Assembly: GCA_041659405.1 (NCBI GenBank)
Contig: JBAZYK010000013.1
Location: 1-32,000, forward strand
DNA: 32,000 nucleotides
Reading direction: 5' to 3'
Source: Candidatus Altimarinota bacterium
GTDB lineage: Bacteria; Patescibacteriota; Gracilibacteria; UBA1369
The notes under the pieces were generated by a model that saw only the letters and a list, made by a program, of their open reading frames with translations, was not told the DNA's origin and ran no database searches. Below, piece after piece: positions 1 to 8,741 of the stretch. The first letter of the stretch is position 1. Each line of letters starts with the position of its first letter. The translations under genes were made by a program, and so were the position numbers.

Positions 1-58
1 CCAGGATAACTTTAAGTTTGAACGCTCCATCGTACTGTTTCCGTATACCTTTTGGCAT
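1..58 (-). CDS. Transposase OrfA-like N-terminal fragment (continues beyond window)
   Basis: Manual translation MPKGIRKQYDGAFKLKVIL; the (Y/F)xxxFKxKV pattern is typical of IS3/IS911 OrfA HTH proteins. Confidence 0.6.
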   Translation of the reverse strand, partial: MPKGIRKQYDGAFKLKVIL

Positions 59-121
59 AATTTTTGGGGTTAAAAACCTCTCTTAGCATACCCCATTTTT
101 CTGTCCGATTTTGCGGGACCA
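1..121 (-). mobile_element. Terminal end of an IS3-family-like insertion sequence (truncated by window edge)
   Basis: Reverse complement of 1-58 reads ATG...: MPKGIRKQYDGAFKLKVIL, resembling the N-terminus of IS3-family OrfA transposases. Upstream of it, TGGTCCCGCAAAATCGGACAG (minus strand, ~101-121) resembles an IS3-family terminal repeat. Confidence 0.6.
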
Positions 122-161
122 TTATAGTATTTTGCTAATAAGTCTTTTGATTGAGCCATAA

Positions 162-695
162 TTATATATTTAGGGATTTTTCTTTGATAACAATCCAGCC
201 GGAGTCACCAGGGAGCTGATAGAATAGACCTATTTTATCAATTGTAAATCTAAACTCTGGCTGATAATTTGTTTTAAGATATTTATATGCTTTATCGAAA
301 GTTTCTTCATCAATGTCATCATATGCTAAAGTTGCATGAAAAATCATGTCATCTTTTATAAGTTTAGGATTGCATTTATTTTTAATATCACCAAATATTA
401 TTTCATAAATATCATATAATTTTTGATTATTTTTGACATCTAAATAAATAACTTTTTTTCCAAAAGAGTTAAATCCTTTTAGTTCCACCTCAAATGCCTT
501 AATTTTTCCACATAATTCATCAAGATAATTTTTATATGATGATAATTCTTCAACTTCAAAAGGAGGTTTTATGGTTATATGAGGGGGCTGATAAAGCCCT
601 TTTCGAAGATTGAATTTATTAAATAATAATAGCTCCACCTCTCTCATGAAATTATTTATTTCACCTCCCAGGATGATTCCATATCCAATTTGCAT
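162..695 (-). CDS. 2H phosphoesterase superfamily / 2'-5' RNA ligase (LigT)-like protein
   Basis: 177 aa; two H-x-T/S motifs (PHITIKPPF and FHATLAY) at the spacing of 2H phosphoesterases. Confidence 0.75.
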   Translation of the reverse strand: MQIGYGIILGGEINNFMREVELLLFNKFNLRKGLYQPPHITIKPPFEVEELSSYKNYLDELCGKIKAFEVELKGFNSFGKKVIYLDVKNNQKLYDIYEIIFGDIKNKCNPKLIKDDMIFHATLAYDDIDEETFDKAYKYLKTNYQPEFRFTIDKIGLFYQLPGDSGWIVIKEKSLNI

Positions 696-707
696 AAAAA
701 AGTTTTA

Positions 708-1739
708 TTAAATATCGGTTTGGATAATATCTGATAAATTCACAAATAGTTGTTCCATTTCATCACGACTTCTACAGGAAGCTCTTACCCATTTATCAGC
801 TAGGCCATCTATTGTAGCACAATCTCTCACCAAAAGGCCTCTTTCTTTTAATTTTTTTTCGATTTCTGTACTTGAAATACCTTCCTTAAAACCCAATAAA
901 ACAAAAGGTCCTTCAGGTTTGATAACTTCTACAGTATCTTGTGAAAATGTGTCCATAGCAAGAGCGTAGGTTTGATTTATTCTATCACCGAAAATTTGCC
1001 TGGTAGAATTAACAAAATCTCTGTCCCGCAGTACGTGTTTAATTGCAGGTACGGATATTGGAGATAACGTATAAGGAATCATATTTTCTTCGTAGCTTTG
1101 AATATTATCAGATGATGAGACTAAGATCCCAGTTCTTAAACCAGGAATTGAATAAAATTTTGAAAATGAAATTACTACATATACATTTTCTACAGAGGCT
1201 GCAAAAGCCATAAGACTCCTTTTTTGAAATTCAGGAATAAATAATAAATAAGTTTCATCAATCACAAAATCAACATGGGGATATTCAGCCGCAAGGGTCT
1301 TTATTATTTCGGTATCGTATAGTTTTGAAGTTGGGTTATTTGGATTACAGAGATATACAACTGCAGATTTTTCAATCTCTTTCCTTAGTTCCCCATAATC
1401 AACCTGAAAGTCCGAAGTGGGGCCAATAGGGAAGCGTACGATTTGTTTTTTTTCACGCCGACTTGATGCAGTATATTGCCAGAAAGTGGGGGATGGTATT
1501 AAAACTCGACCCTCATTAAGAATTCTAGGAAGATTATATATGATTTCCGTTGCCCCAGCTCCAAAAGTTACTGTTGAATTATCCAGATTATTTGCTTCAG
1601 CAAAAACCTTTTTCAGATCATCATTTGAATATGCTTCTGGATATTCTGAGCAAAGTTGTATTGAGTCACGAAGGACTTCCATAGTGCCCTCTGGTACACC
1701 TAGAGAATTTAAGTTTTTAGCGAAATCCAATATTTTCAT
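708..1739 (-). CDS. PLP-dependent class I/II aminotransferase, histidinol-phosphate aminotransferase-like
   Basis: 343 aa; FGAGATEIIYNL, CNPNNPTSKLY, VIDETYLLF and the PLP-lysine motif SFSKFYSIPGLRTG. Confidence 0.85.
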   Translation of the reverse strand: MKILDFAKNLNSLGVPEGTMEVLRDSIQLCSEYPEAYSNDDLKKVFAEANNLDNSTVTFGAGATEIIYNLPRILNEGRVLIPSPTFWQYTASSRREKKQIVRFPIGPTSDFQVDYGELRKEIEKSAVVYLCNPNNPTSKLYDTEIIKTLAAEYPHVDFVIDETYLLFIPEFQKRSLMAFAASVENVYVVISFSKFYSIPGLRTGILVSSSDNIQSYEENMIPYTLSPISVPAIKHVLRDRDFVNSTRQIFGDRINQTYALAMDTFSQDTVEVIKPEGPFVLLGFKEGISSTEIEKKLKERGLLVRDCATIDGLADKWVRASCRSRDEMEQLFVNLSDIIQTDI

Positions 1740-2413
1740 ACAGCACTAGGTAATCTAATCTGATCGAACCTGTCTTGAATAATCCTCGTAATATGTGCAA
1801 TAGATTTGGGATTTCTTTTATAACCAAGGAACATTTCTCCCTCTTCTCCTTGTCGATTTTTAAACAGGCTTTCTATAAGAGATTCAACACTTACCACATC
1901 GTAAAGCCCGAGTAAGTCTAAAGCAACTCTTACCAATTGATTTTCAGCAATTGCTCTAAAAGATTCATAAGCTCCAAAGTCTTTCCCGAAAAATTCATGG
2001 GGAGAAGTTAATGCATTAAATAATAAACGATATCGTACCGGTAAAGAGGCTAGAAAACTTGCTTCTTTTATGATTGGAGGGACGATTATTTTACCATTTT
2101 CCTTGCTCAATCCTTTAAGATTAACAGCTTGGCTAATATCATCGTAGGAAACTACCAGTTTATTATTATAAGGCACTTCTTCATCCTGCATTAAGGCATG
2201 ATCAATATGATATTTTACTATAAACTCTGTAAGTGAACTAATGTCATCTGGAGTAACATCTGGAGTAGCAAAAAAGACATCTAAATCTGAATTAGCTTGT
2301 GCGGTTTCACTTGGGTATGATCCATACGCGCATCCAAAGTATGGCCGATCTCGAAAATAATCTTTTGCAGAAGAGGCCAAGTCGTATAATAAATTTTCTT
2401 TAGATAGAGCCAT
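1736..2413 (-). CDS. Nucleotidyltransferase-domain protein (Pol beta-like fold)
   Basis: 225 aa; GSYPSETAQANSDLDVFF matches the GS...DxD signature. Overlaps both neighbouring genes. Confidence 0.7.
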   Translation of the reverse strand: MALSKENLLYDLASSAKDYFRDRPYFGCAYGSYPSETAQANSDLDVFFATPDVTPDDISSLTEFIVKYHIDHALMQDEEVPYNNKLVVSYDDISQAVNLKGLSKENGKIIVPPIIKEASFLASLPVRYRLLFNALTSPHEFFGKDFGAYESFRAIAENQLVRVALDLLGLYDVVSVESLIESLFKNRQGEEGEMFLGYKRNPKSIAHITRIIQDRFDQIRLPSAV

Positions 2414-3881
2414 CCTCTATGCGTTTAGCGAGTGAAGCAACATATTCCACCATCTCATCAATCAAATCAGTTGTGATCCTCAAGTTACCTGTCATAAATC
2501 TCAGCGGATAGATAATTTCATCTTTTTTAACTTTTCCACTGTCGGGAACACTAAACTGATGAAGATGAAATTTACCTTCGGCCAAGATCATATCATGAAG
2601 TCGTTTATTTAGCTGGTTGATTCCATTGATATTATCTGAATCCATATCTCCCTTATATAAAAAAGCAACAGAGTTTATATCAACATCGTTAATAACTACA
2701 AACCGATTATTCCGTTTTAGTGTTTCTGCGAGATAGATTGCCATATCATGTCTATGCTCAACCATTGCAGCCAATCCTTCTCTCCCAGCATTTTTCATCA
2801 TGAACCATAATTTTAAAGAATTCCATGGTCTGCTGCCCAAAAAAGGAGTTACTTGCCCAAAGGCAAAAGGCTCTTGCATGATTAAATCTGACAAACTTGT
2901 GACAGTTTTTAAAGCACTTGGCTCTCTAACTAGCAATGCACTAACTACATAAGGTGTTGTCATTACCTTATGCGGGTCCATGGTAATACTATCAAATCTT
3001 TCTATTCCTTTTATTTTCCCTTTTAATTTTGGGCTAAAACCTAAACTGAAACCATGACAAGCATCAGCATGTAACCAAATCTCTTCACTGGCTGTTTTTG
3101 CTCTATCGGCCAATGCATTAAAATTATCAACCGTCATAGTCCTACTATCACCACAGTAAGCAACCAAGCACATAATATCATCAGCTCTTTCACGAAGAAC
3201 ACCATCTAATTCGTCTAGGTCATATTTGAAGTCTTTTGTGCCTACTTCGATCAGTCTATTACCAAGACCAGCCCACATTTGTGCGCTTTTTACACTATAA
3301 TGTCCAATTCCTTTAGGAACCACTATGTAGCTTTTATCTAAATCAGTAACACCTTTCTCCATGGCATTCGGAAATTTATGTTCTCTTGCTAGTAAAATTC
3401 CTGTTGCATTACTTCCAGTACCTCCTGGAGTGATGATGCCTCCAACATCCCAAATATCTTTTATTTCCGAGCTAACTTCGTAGCCAACAGTCTCTCTTAG
3501 CCATTGTAAAACTGAAATTTCAGCAAAAGTTCCAACAGGGGAACAAAAACTCTGATTAATTAAATTCTGATTCGTCATTAATTCTGCTATCCCACCAGCA
3601 AGAGCAGCCACAGAGTTTCCAGCATCAGGGAAACCCATAAATTGAGGACTTGAAAAATTAGTACAGTAAGGAAGAAATCTTTCTTTAAATTCTTTTATCA
3701 ACTGTTCAACTGGCACGCCACCTTCAGGAAACGGCTCAATAAACGCTTTTCCCTCCCCAGGTTTAAGAGTTTTTTGAGCAACATTATCTTGAAGCTTAAA
3801 ATCAATCCCGTCCTTAATAACTTGTTGTAATAATTTTTCGACCCCTTCTGCGTTGTCTGGGCCTAGAATTTCAATCGGCAT
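2400..3881 (-). CDS. PLP-dependent group II decarboxylase (glutamate/aromatic amino-acid decarboxylase-like)
   Basis: 493 aa; GGTGSNATGILLAR, HADACHGF and the PLP-lysine motif MDPHKVM. ATG start confirmed at 3881. Confidence 0.85.
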   Translation of the reverse strand: MPIEILGPDNAEGVEKLLQQVIKDGIDFKLQDNVAQKTLKPGEGKAFIEPFPEGGVPVEQLIKEFKERFLPYCTNFSSPQFMGFPDAGNSVAALAGGIAELMTNQNLINQSFCSPVGTFAEISVLQWLRETVGYEVSSEIKDIWDVGGIITPGGTGSNATGILLAREHKFPNAMEKGVTDLDKSYIVVPKGIGHYSVKSAQMWAGLGNRLIEVGTKDFKYDLDELDGVLRERADDIMCLVAYCGDSRTMTVDNFNALADRAKTASEEIWLHADACHGFSLGFSPKLKGKIKGIERFDSITMDPHKVMTTPYVVSALLVREPSALKTVTSLSDLIMQEPFAFGQVTPFLGSRPWNSLKLWFMMKNAGREGLAAMVEHRHDMAIYLAETLKRNNRFVVINDVDINSVAFLYKGDMDSDNINGINQLNKRLHDMILAEGKFHLHQFSVPDSGKVKKDEIIYPLRFMTGNLRITTDLIDEMVEYVASLAKRIEDGSI

Positions 3882-3887
3882 ATGCTA

Positions 3888-5765
3888 TTAGTTGAAGAAG
3901 TCCTTCAAATCTTTCACTGCGGAAAATCTTATACGCATCTCTTCAACTTGCTCATTAGTTAGTTTCACAAATAACATTTGTGGTTTCTTGATTTCTAATT
4001 GGTTTGGCATAGAATCAAAACTTCTAACTTCTGTTAAATTGGCCGGATCAGATGCTTGTCCCTCTAAATTTAATTGATCCCATATTTTAGTTGCAGTATC
4101 TGGAAGGAAAGGTACAAGTAAAGTTGCCAATACTTTACTAATGTATGAACATACAAAAATAACAGCTTTCGCTCTTTCGGGATCGGTCTTGATTGCGCTC
4201 CATGGAGCCGCCTGATCAATGTATTTATTGCCGAGTGATGCAATATCAAAAACTGTTTTAAATGCAGTTTTTATATGTACTTCATCCATACTCTTTTCAT
4301 GTGCATCAACAAGTTCATTAACTTTAGCTATCAAATCTCTTTCTAAGTCAGTTAAATTTTCATTTTTAACTTTCTCCAACTTACCGCCAAATTTCGAGAA
4401 ATTAAATGAAGATGATCGATGTACAAAATTTGATAATACATCACACAGCATTTTGTTATTCGTAATTTGGAATTCGGACCAGCTAAATTCAGTATCTGAT
4501 TTTTCAGGAATGATCAGTGCTAGATATGCTCTAAAAAGATCAGGGTTTACGTCTGAATCTAAGAATGTTTCACAGAAAACACCACGTTTTTTACTCTTTG
4601 AAAATTTTGCTCCTTCATAGGTTAAATATTGCATTCCTTCAACATGGTCAGGCAGTTTATATTTCCCCGCAGCCATTAAAATTGCTGGCCAGAATATTGT
4701 GTGAAATGGAATATTATCTTTACCCAAAAAGTGAAAAACTTCTGTGGCTCCTTCGTTGCCAGCCTCTTTTTCCCAATATTGACGCCAGTTTTCTTCAATT
4801 TCAGCAAGGAAGGAAATATAAGCTATAGGAGCTTCAAACCAAACGTAAAGCACCTTATCCTCCATGCCTTCAGCAGGAACTTGTATTCCATGTTTTAAAT
4901 CTCTTGTAATGCTGCGTTTTTTGAGTCCAGAATCTAACCAGCCAAGAGCCAAGTTTCTAACCTGAGGCCTCCAAGTACTTCTTGTTTCAATCCAACTTCG
5001 TAATTGATCTTCGAATTTTCCCAAATCCAAGAAAAGATGTTCAGTAGTTCTTAACTTCGGTGTAGCACCTGTAAGCTTTGATTTCGGATCAATAATTTCT
5101 TTTGGATCAAGGACATGGGTACAAACTTCACATTGATCACCTGAAGCTTCCTTAAATCCGCAGTTGGCACAAGTTCCTTCAATATATCTGTCCGCCAAAA
5201 ATCTCTGAGCTTCTGGATCATAAAACATCTCGATCGTTTCTTTGGTAATATGTCCAGCTTGAAAAATTTCAGCAAAAACCTGTTGAACAATTTCTTTATG
5301 CTTTGGGGAACTGGTTCTTGAATAGTTGTCATAAGAAATTCCAAACCATTCGTAAATTCTTGCATGTATCCCGTGGATAACATCACAGAAGGTCTTATGA
5401 TCTATCCCCAACTGTTCAGCTGCAAGTTCTGAAGGGGTACCATGTTCATCGGATCCGCCAATAAATAATGTTTTAATACCTTTCTGTCTTGAATGACGAG
5501 CAAAAATATCAGCAGGCAAATGTGATCCCACGATATGTCCCAAATGAGGGACATTATTTATGTATGGTAGTGCAGCCGTAATTAACCTACTTTTAACCGC
5601 CTGAGTGACATCTCCAATTTCTTTGTGTACAGTTCCCTCCGGAACGATCTCATGACCGCCGTCTTCGTCAGTTTCATGATCAACATTCTCACCATCTTGT
5701 TCGGGTTTTCGAGTGGGCTCTAGTGTCGCTCTCAGATTGTCTCCTTGTGAAGTCTCAATTCCCAT
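3888..5765 (-). CDS. metG: Methionyl-tRNA synthetase-like class I aaRS with two-knuckle zinc domain and acidic N-terminal extension
   Basis: ITAALPYINNVPHLGH (HIGH motif), CANCGF...GDQCEVC...TEHLFLDL zinc/CP region, KFSKSKKRGVF (KMSKS), NKYIDQAAPW in the anticodon-binding region. The ORF track starts at a TTG at 5792; the internal ATG at 5765 (MGIETSQ...) looks likelier. Confidence 0.9.
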   Translation of the reverse strand: MGIETSQGDNLRATLEPTRKPEQDGENVDHETDEDGGHEIVPEGTVHKEIGDVTQAVKSRLITAALPYINNVPHLGHIVGSHLPADIFARHSRQKGIKTLFIGGSDEHGTPSELAAEQLGIDHKTFCDVIHGIHARIYEWFGISYDNYSRTSSPKHKEIVQQVFAEIFQAGHITKETIEMFYDPEAQRFLADRYIEGTCANCGFKEASGDQCEVCTHVLDPKEIIDPKSKLTGATPKLRTTEHLFLDLGKFEDQLRSWIETRSTWRPQVRNLALGWLDSGLKKRSITRDLKHGIQVPAEGMEDKVLYVWFEAPIAYISFLAEIEENWRQYWEKEAGNEGATEVFHFLGKDNIPFHTIFWPAILMAAGKYKLPDHVEGMQYLTYEGAKFSKSKKRGVFCETFLDSDVNPDLFRAYLALIIPEKSDTEFSWSEFQITNNKMLCDVLSNFVHRSSSFNFSKFGGKLEKVKNENLTDLERDLIAKVNELVDAHEKSMDEVHIKTAFKTVFDIASLGNKYIDQAAPWSAIKTDPERAKAVIFVCSYISKVLATLLVPFLPDTATKIWDQLNLEGQASDPANLTEVRSFDSMPNQLEIKKPQMLFVKLTNEQVEEMRIRFSAVKDLKDFFN

Positions 5766-5791
5766 ACGTAATTTTATTAAAATAGGGGCCA

Positions 5792-5820
5792 ATTCTGCTA
5801 TAGCAAGTCTTTTTTGTCAA
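5792..5820 (-). promoter_or_regulatory. Possible sigma70-type promoter for the MetRS operon
   Basis: Minus strand TTGACA (5820-5815), 17 nt spacer, CAGAAT (5797-5792), placing a start site just upstream of the ATG at 5765. Confidence 0.35.
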
Positions 5821-5884
5821 GTAAATTTATTGGAGGGTACTTGTTCGTGAGTCTTTTACGTGTAGCAACCAAAAGGCCAGTACG

Positions 5885-5912
5885 TTGTTTTCTTTATCCA
5901 CTCTGTTACAAT
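5885..5912 (+). promoter_or_regulatory. Possible promoter for the Cys-rich protein gene
   Basis: TTGTTT-16 nt-TACAAT, 54 nt upstream of the ATG at 5966. Confidence 0.35.
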
Positions 5913-5965
5913 AGACCAGAATAGTCTCAAAATAGTACTAGTCCCTATCAAGCAGCCAGAAAATC

Positions 5966-7597
5966 TTGAAACTCATGCAAAAAACCTGCACTCAATGCAA
6001 TAAAAGTTACGAAGTTTTCTCTGAAGATCTCGAACTTTATGCAAAAGTATCGCCTGTTTTTGCTGGCAAAAAATATTTGATTCCGGCGCCGGAAATCTGC
6101 CCGCATTGCCGGTTTATTTGCAAAGGGGCGTTTAGAAATGAACACACTTATTACAGGACAAAGTCTTCTTTTTCCGGCAAACCTTTGATTTCGGTTTATG
6201 CGCCAGACAGAGCCTATAAAGTGTTTTCTTATGATGAGTGGTGGGGCGATAAATGGAGCGCGTTGGACTTTGGCAGGGATTTTGATTTTAATCGCGGATT
6301 TTTTGAACAGTTTGCGGAGCTTTTTATGGAAGTTCCTAAAATCAATTTGATACAGGATGGGACTTCCGAGAACTGCGAATATACTAATTTTGGCTCAGAG
6401 AACAAGAATTGTTATTTTACTTTAGGGTTTCACGCTGAGAATGTTTATTATTCAATTGATGCTTTGATGAGCAACGATTGTGTTGATTGTTTGCATATAA
6501 TCGCCGGTGAAAAACTTTATGAATGTGTTAGTTGCCAGCAGTGTTTTAATTCAAAGTATTTGAACCGCTGCAATCAGTGCATTGACAGTTACTTTTTAGA
6601 AAATTGTATTTCATGTAAAGATTGTTTAGGCTGTAAAAACCTTAGGCACAAGCAGTATTATATCTTCAATAAGCCATATTCAAAGGATGAGTATTTTGAA
6701 AAGTTGAAAAGTTACGAATTAAATACTCATGAAGGAGTCACCAAATTCAAAAAAGAATATGAAGAATTTAAATTAAAATTGCCGACTCTTTTTGCGATGC
6801 AAAGGCTTTCGGAAAACAGTACCGGAGAATTTCTTGATGGGGCGAAGAATTGTCATATGTGTTATCTGGTTGTGATGGGTGGGGAAAATTGCCGGCATAG
6901 TTATATGGTTGGTAGAAATTGCAAAGATATGATTGATTGCAGTAATACGGACGGGGAGCTGAACTGTTTTTCTGATGGAATGTTGAATTCGCAAAGAATT
7001 TTATTTTCACATTTTATCAGAAATTGTTCGGAGGTTTTTTATTCCATGTATTGTTACAATTCACAAAATTTATTTGGGTGTACGGGGCTTGTACGAAAGC
7101 AGTACTGTATTTTTAATAAACAATATTCCAGGGAAGAGTATGAAGATCTGGTTCCAAAAATTATTGAAAAAATGACTGAAATGGGCGAATGGGGAAAATA
7201 TTTCCCGTTGAAAATGTCTGCATTCGGGTATAACGAAACTTTTGCTTACGATATGAATCCTTTAAGCAAAGAAGCGGCTTTGAAACTTGGATTTCAGTGG
7301 TCGGATTATCGGCAGGAACTAGAGGTTAGCCAGGGTGAACATGTCATTACCTGTGAAGTGACGGGAAGGAATTTTAAACTGATAAAACAGGAAATTGAGT
7401 TTTATGAAAAACACGGAATTCCTTTGCCAAAAAGGCATCCCAATGTCCGAATCGAGCAAAGATATAGGATCAGAAACCCGAATGAATTTTGGAAAAGAAA
7501 TTGCGCAAAGTGTAGCGCGGAAATTGTGACTACTTATAATCCCAACAAGCCGGGAATCATTTATTGCGAAAAATGTTATCTGGCCGAGGTTTATTGA
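5966..7597 (+). CDS. Large cysteine-rich protein with many CxxC zinc-knuckle-like motifs, function unknown
   Basis: 543 aa; N-terminal CTQC/CPHC, repeated CxxC/C-x-C clusters (CVSCQQC, CNQC, CISCKDCLGC), tandem (K/R)QYYIFNK(P)YS-type segments, C-terminal CAKC...CEKC. Confidence 0.85.
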   Translation: MKLMQKTCTQCNKSYEVFSEDLELYAKVSPVFAGKKYLIPAPEICPHCRFICKGAFRNEHTYYRTKSSFSGKPLISVYAPDRAYKVFSYDEWWGDKWSALDFGRDFDFNRGFFEQFAELFMEVPKINLIQDGTSENCEYTNFGSENKNCYFTLGFHAENVYYSIDALMSNDCVDCLHIIAGEKLYECVSCQQCFNSKYLNRCNQCIDSYFLENCISCKDCLGCKNLRHKQYYIFNKPYSKDEYFEKLKSYELNTHEGVTKFKKEYEEFKLKLPTLFAMQRLSENSTGEFLDGAKNCHMCYLVVMGGENCRHSYMVGRNCKDMIDCSNTDGELNCFSDGMLNSQRILFSHFIRNCSEVFYSMYCYNSQNLFGCTGLVRKQYCIFNKQYSREEYEDLVPKIIEKMTEMGEWGKYFPLKMSAFGYNETFAYDMNPLSKEAALKLGFQWSDYRQELEVSQGEHVITCEVTGRNFKLIKQEIEFYEKHGIPLPKRHPNVRIEQRYRIRNPNEFWKRNCAKCSAEIVTTYNPNKPGIIYCEKCYLAEVY

Positions 7598-8595
7598 GAA
7601 CTGAACCCCTCTTTTATTTCCCGAATAGTTAGCCGTTTTTCTTTTTGAAGCTGACGGATTTTCTTAGCTTGTTCGATCATGGTTTCAGCGTAGAGCTGAT
7701 ATCCTCCGGGTGAATATTCGGCTACTTTTAAAAGTCCTTCCTGAGTCCAGTAACGGATAGTGGGAACGTTTTCTTCTGAAGCCCCGGCCAGTTCGCCAAT
7801 TTTTAGAAGTTTTTGTTTTTGTGAATGAGATTTTCCTTTTTGAGCAGGTTCTTTTTGCTCAACCGCTTTGAGGTAAATGTTTAGTGAATTTTCGACACTT
7901 TCATAAATTATCCGATAATAATCATTCATACCTTGCGAAAGTTGGCCTTTTTCTATGGCGTTGATATATTTTAAACGATCTTCTTTTTTGATCAGTGCCG
8001 GAGGATAACCCTCTTGCAAAAGCAGCAGGTTCATCAACAGCCGTGCGGTTCTGCCATTACCGTCCGTAAACGGATGAATGCTCACAAACTTAAAATGAGC
8101 ATCTGCAGCAATCTTCACAGGATGATCGTCGATTTTTCCGTGAAGCCATTTGGTAAACTCTGACATCAATTCTGGGACCTTGAGCGGATTCGGCATGACC
8201 ACCGTTGATCCGGCAATTCGCACGGAAACACTTCGGTATCGTCCCGCATTCGTGTCATCAATTTTGCTCAAAATAATATGATGAATATCAAGAATATCTC
8301 TTTCACTAATGTTTCGCCTCTTTTTTTGGACAAATTTCTTGATGTACTCCAGAGCCTGAGCATGGTTGATGGCTTCCAGATGCTCGTTCATGGACTTGCC
8401 GCCAATTGTTATACCTTTTTCAACCACCAGAGCGGTTTCCTGTCGCGACAAAGTATTTCCTTCTATCGCATTCGATGTGTAGGTCAGTTCAATCTTAAAC
8501 CACTGTTCCAAATTCTTAACCAGTTCCGGCGAAAGAGGACGAAATGATTCGAGTTTTTTTTGTTGGGCCGTAATTTTTTTGAGAACTTTATCCAT
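7591..8595 (-). CDS. Fic/DOC family protein with C-terminal MerR-like HTH
   Basis: HPFTDGNGRTARLL (canonical Fic motif), SNAIEGN (inhibitory S/T-xxx-E-G/N motif), C-terminal KIGELAGASEENVPTIRYWTQEGLL...GYQLYAE (MerR HTH). The track ORF starts at 8787; MDKVLKK at 8595 is the likelier start. Confidence 0.9.
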   Translation of the reverse strand: MDKVLKKITAQQKKLESFRPLSPELVKNLEQWFKIELTYTSNAIEGNTLSRQETALVVEKGITIGGKSMNEHLEAINHAQALEYIKKFVQKKRRNISERDILDIHHIILSKIDDTNAGRYRSVSVRIAGSTVVMPNPLKVPELMSEFTKWLHGKIDDHPVKIAADAHFKFVSIHPFTDGNGRTARLLMNLLLLQEGYPPALIKKEDRLKYINAIEKGQLSQGMNDYYRIIYESVENSLNIYLKAVEQKEPAQKGKSHSQKQKLLKIGELAGASEENVPTIRYWTQEGLLKVAEYSPGGYQLYAETMIEQAKKIRQLQKEKRLTIREIKEGFSSQ

Positions 8596-8741
8596 GTGTA
8601 AAGTATAAAGTATTACTTCATGGTTGTCAATGGGCATTATTTTGATTTCAATGCAGATACAAGTTAACCATCGAATGATGTGTACACAATACGCATGGAA
8701 TTCTGTTACAATCAATTTCGTACAATTTATAAATATCCCCC

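Noticed and set aside
1417-1749. Plus-strand ORF (110 aa) opposite the aminotransferase
   Set aside because: Fully antisense to a gene with clear aminotransferase motifs; shadow ORF.
3892-5386. Several ORFs antisense to MetRS or on the same strand in another frame (3892, 4219, 4565, 4701, 5051)
   Set aside because: All lie inside the MetRS coding region, which has strong motifs in its own frame; no motifs in these translations.
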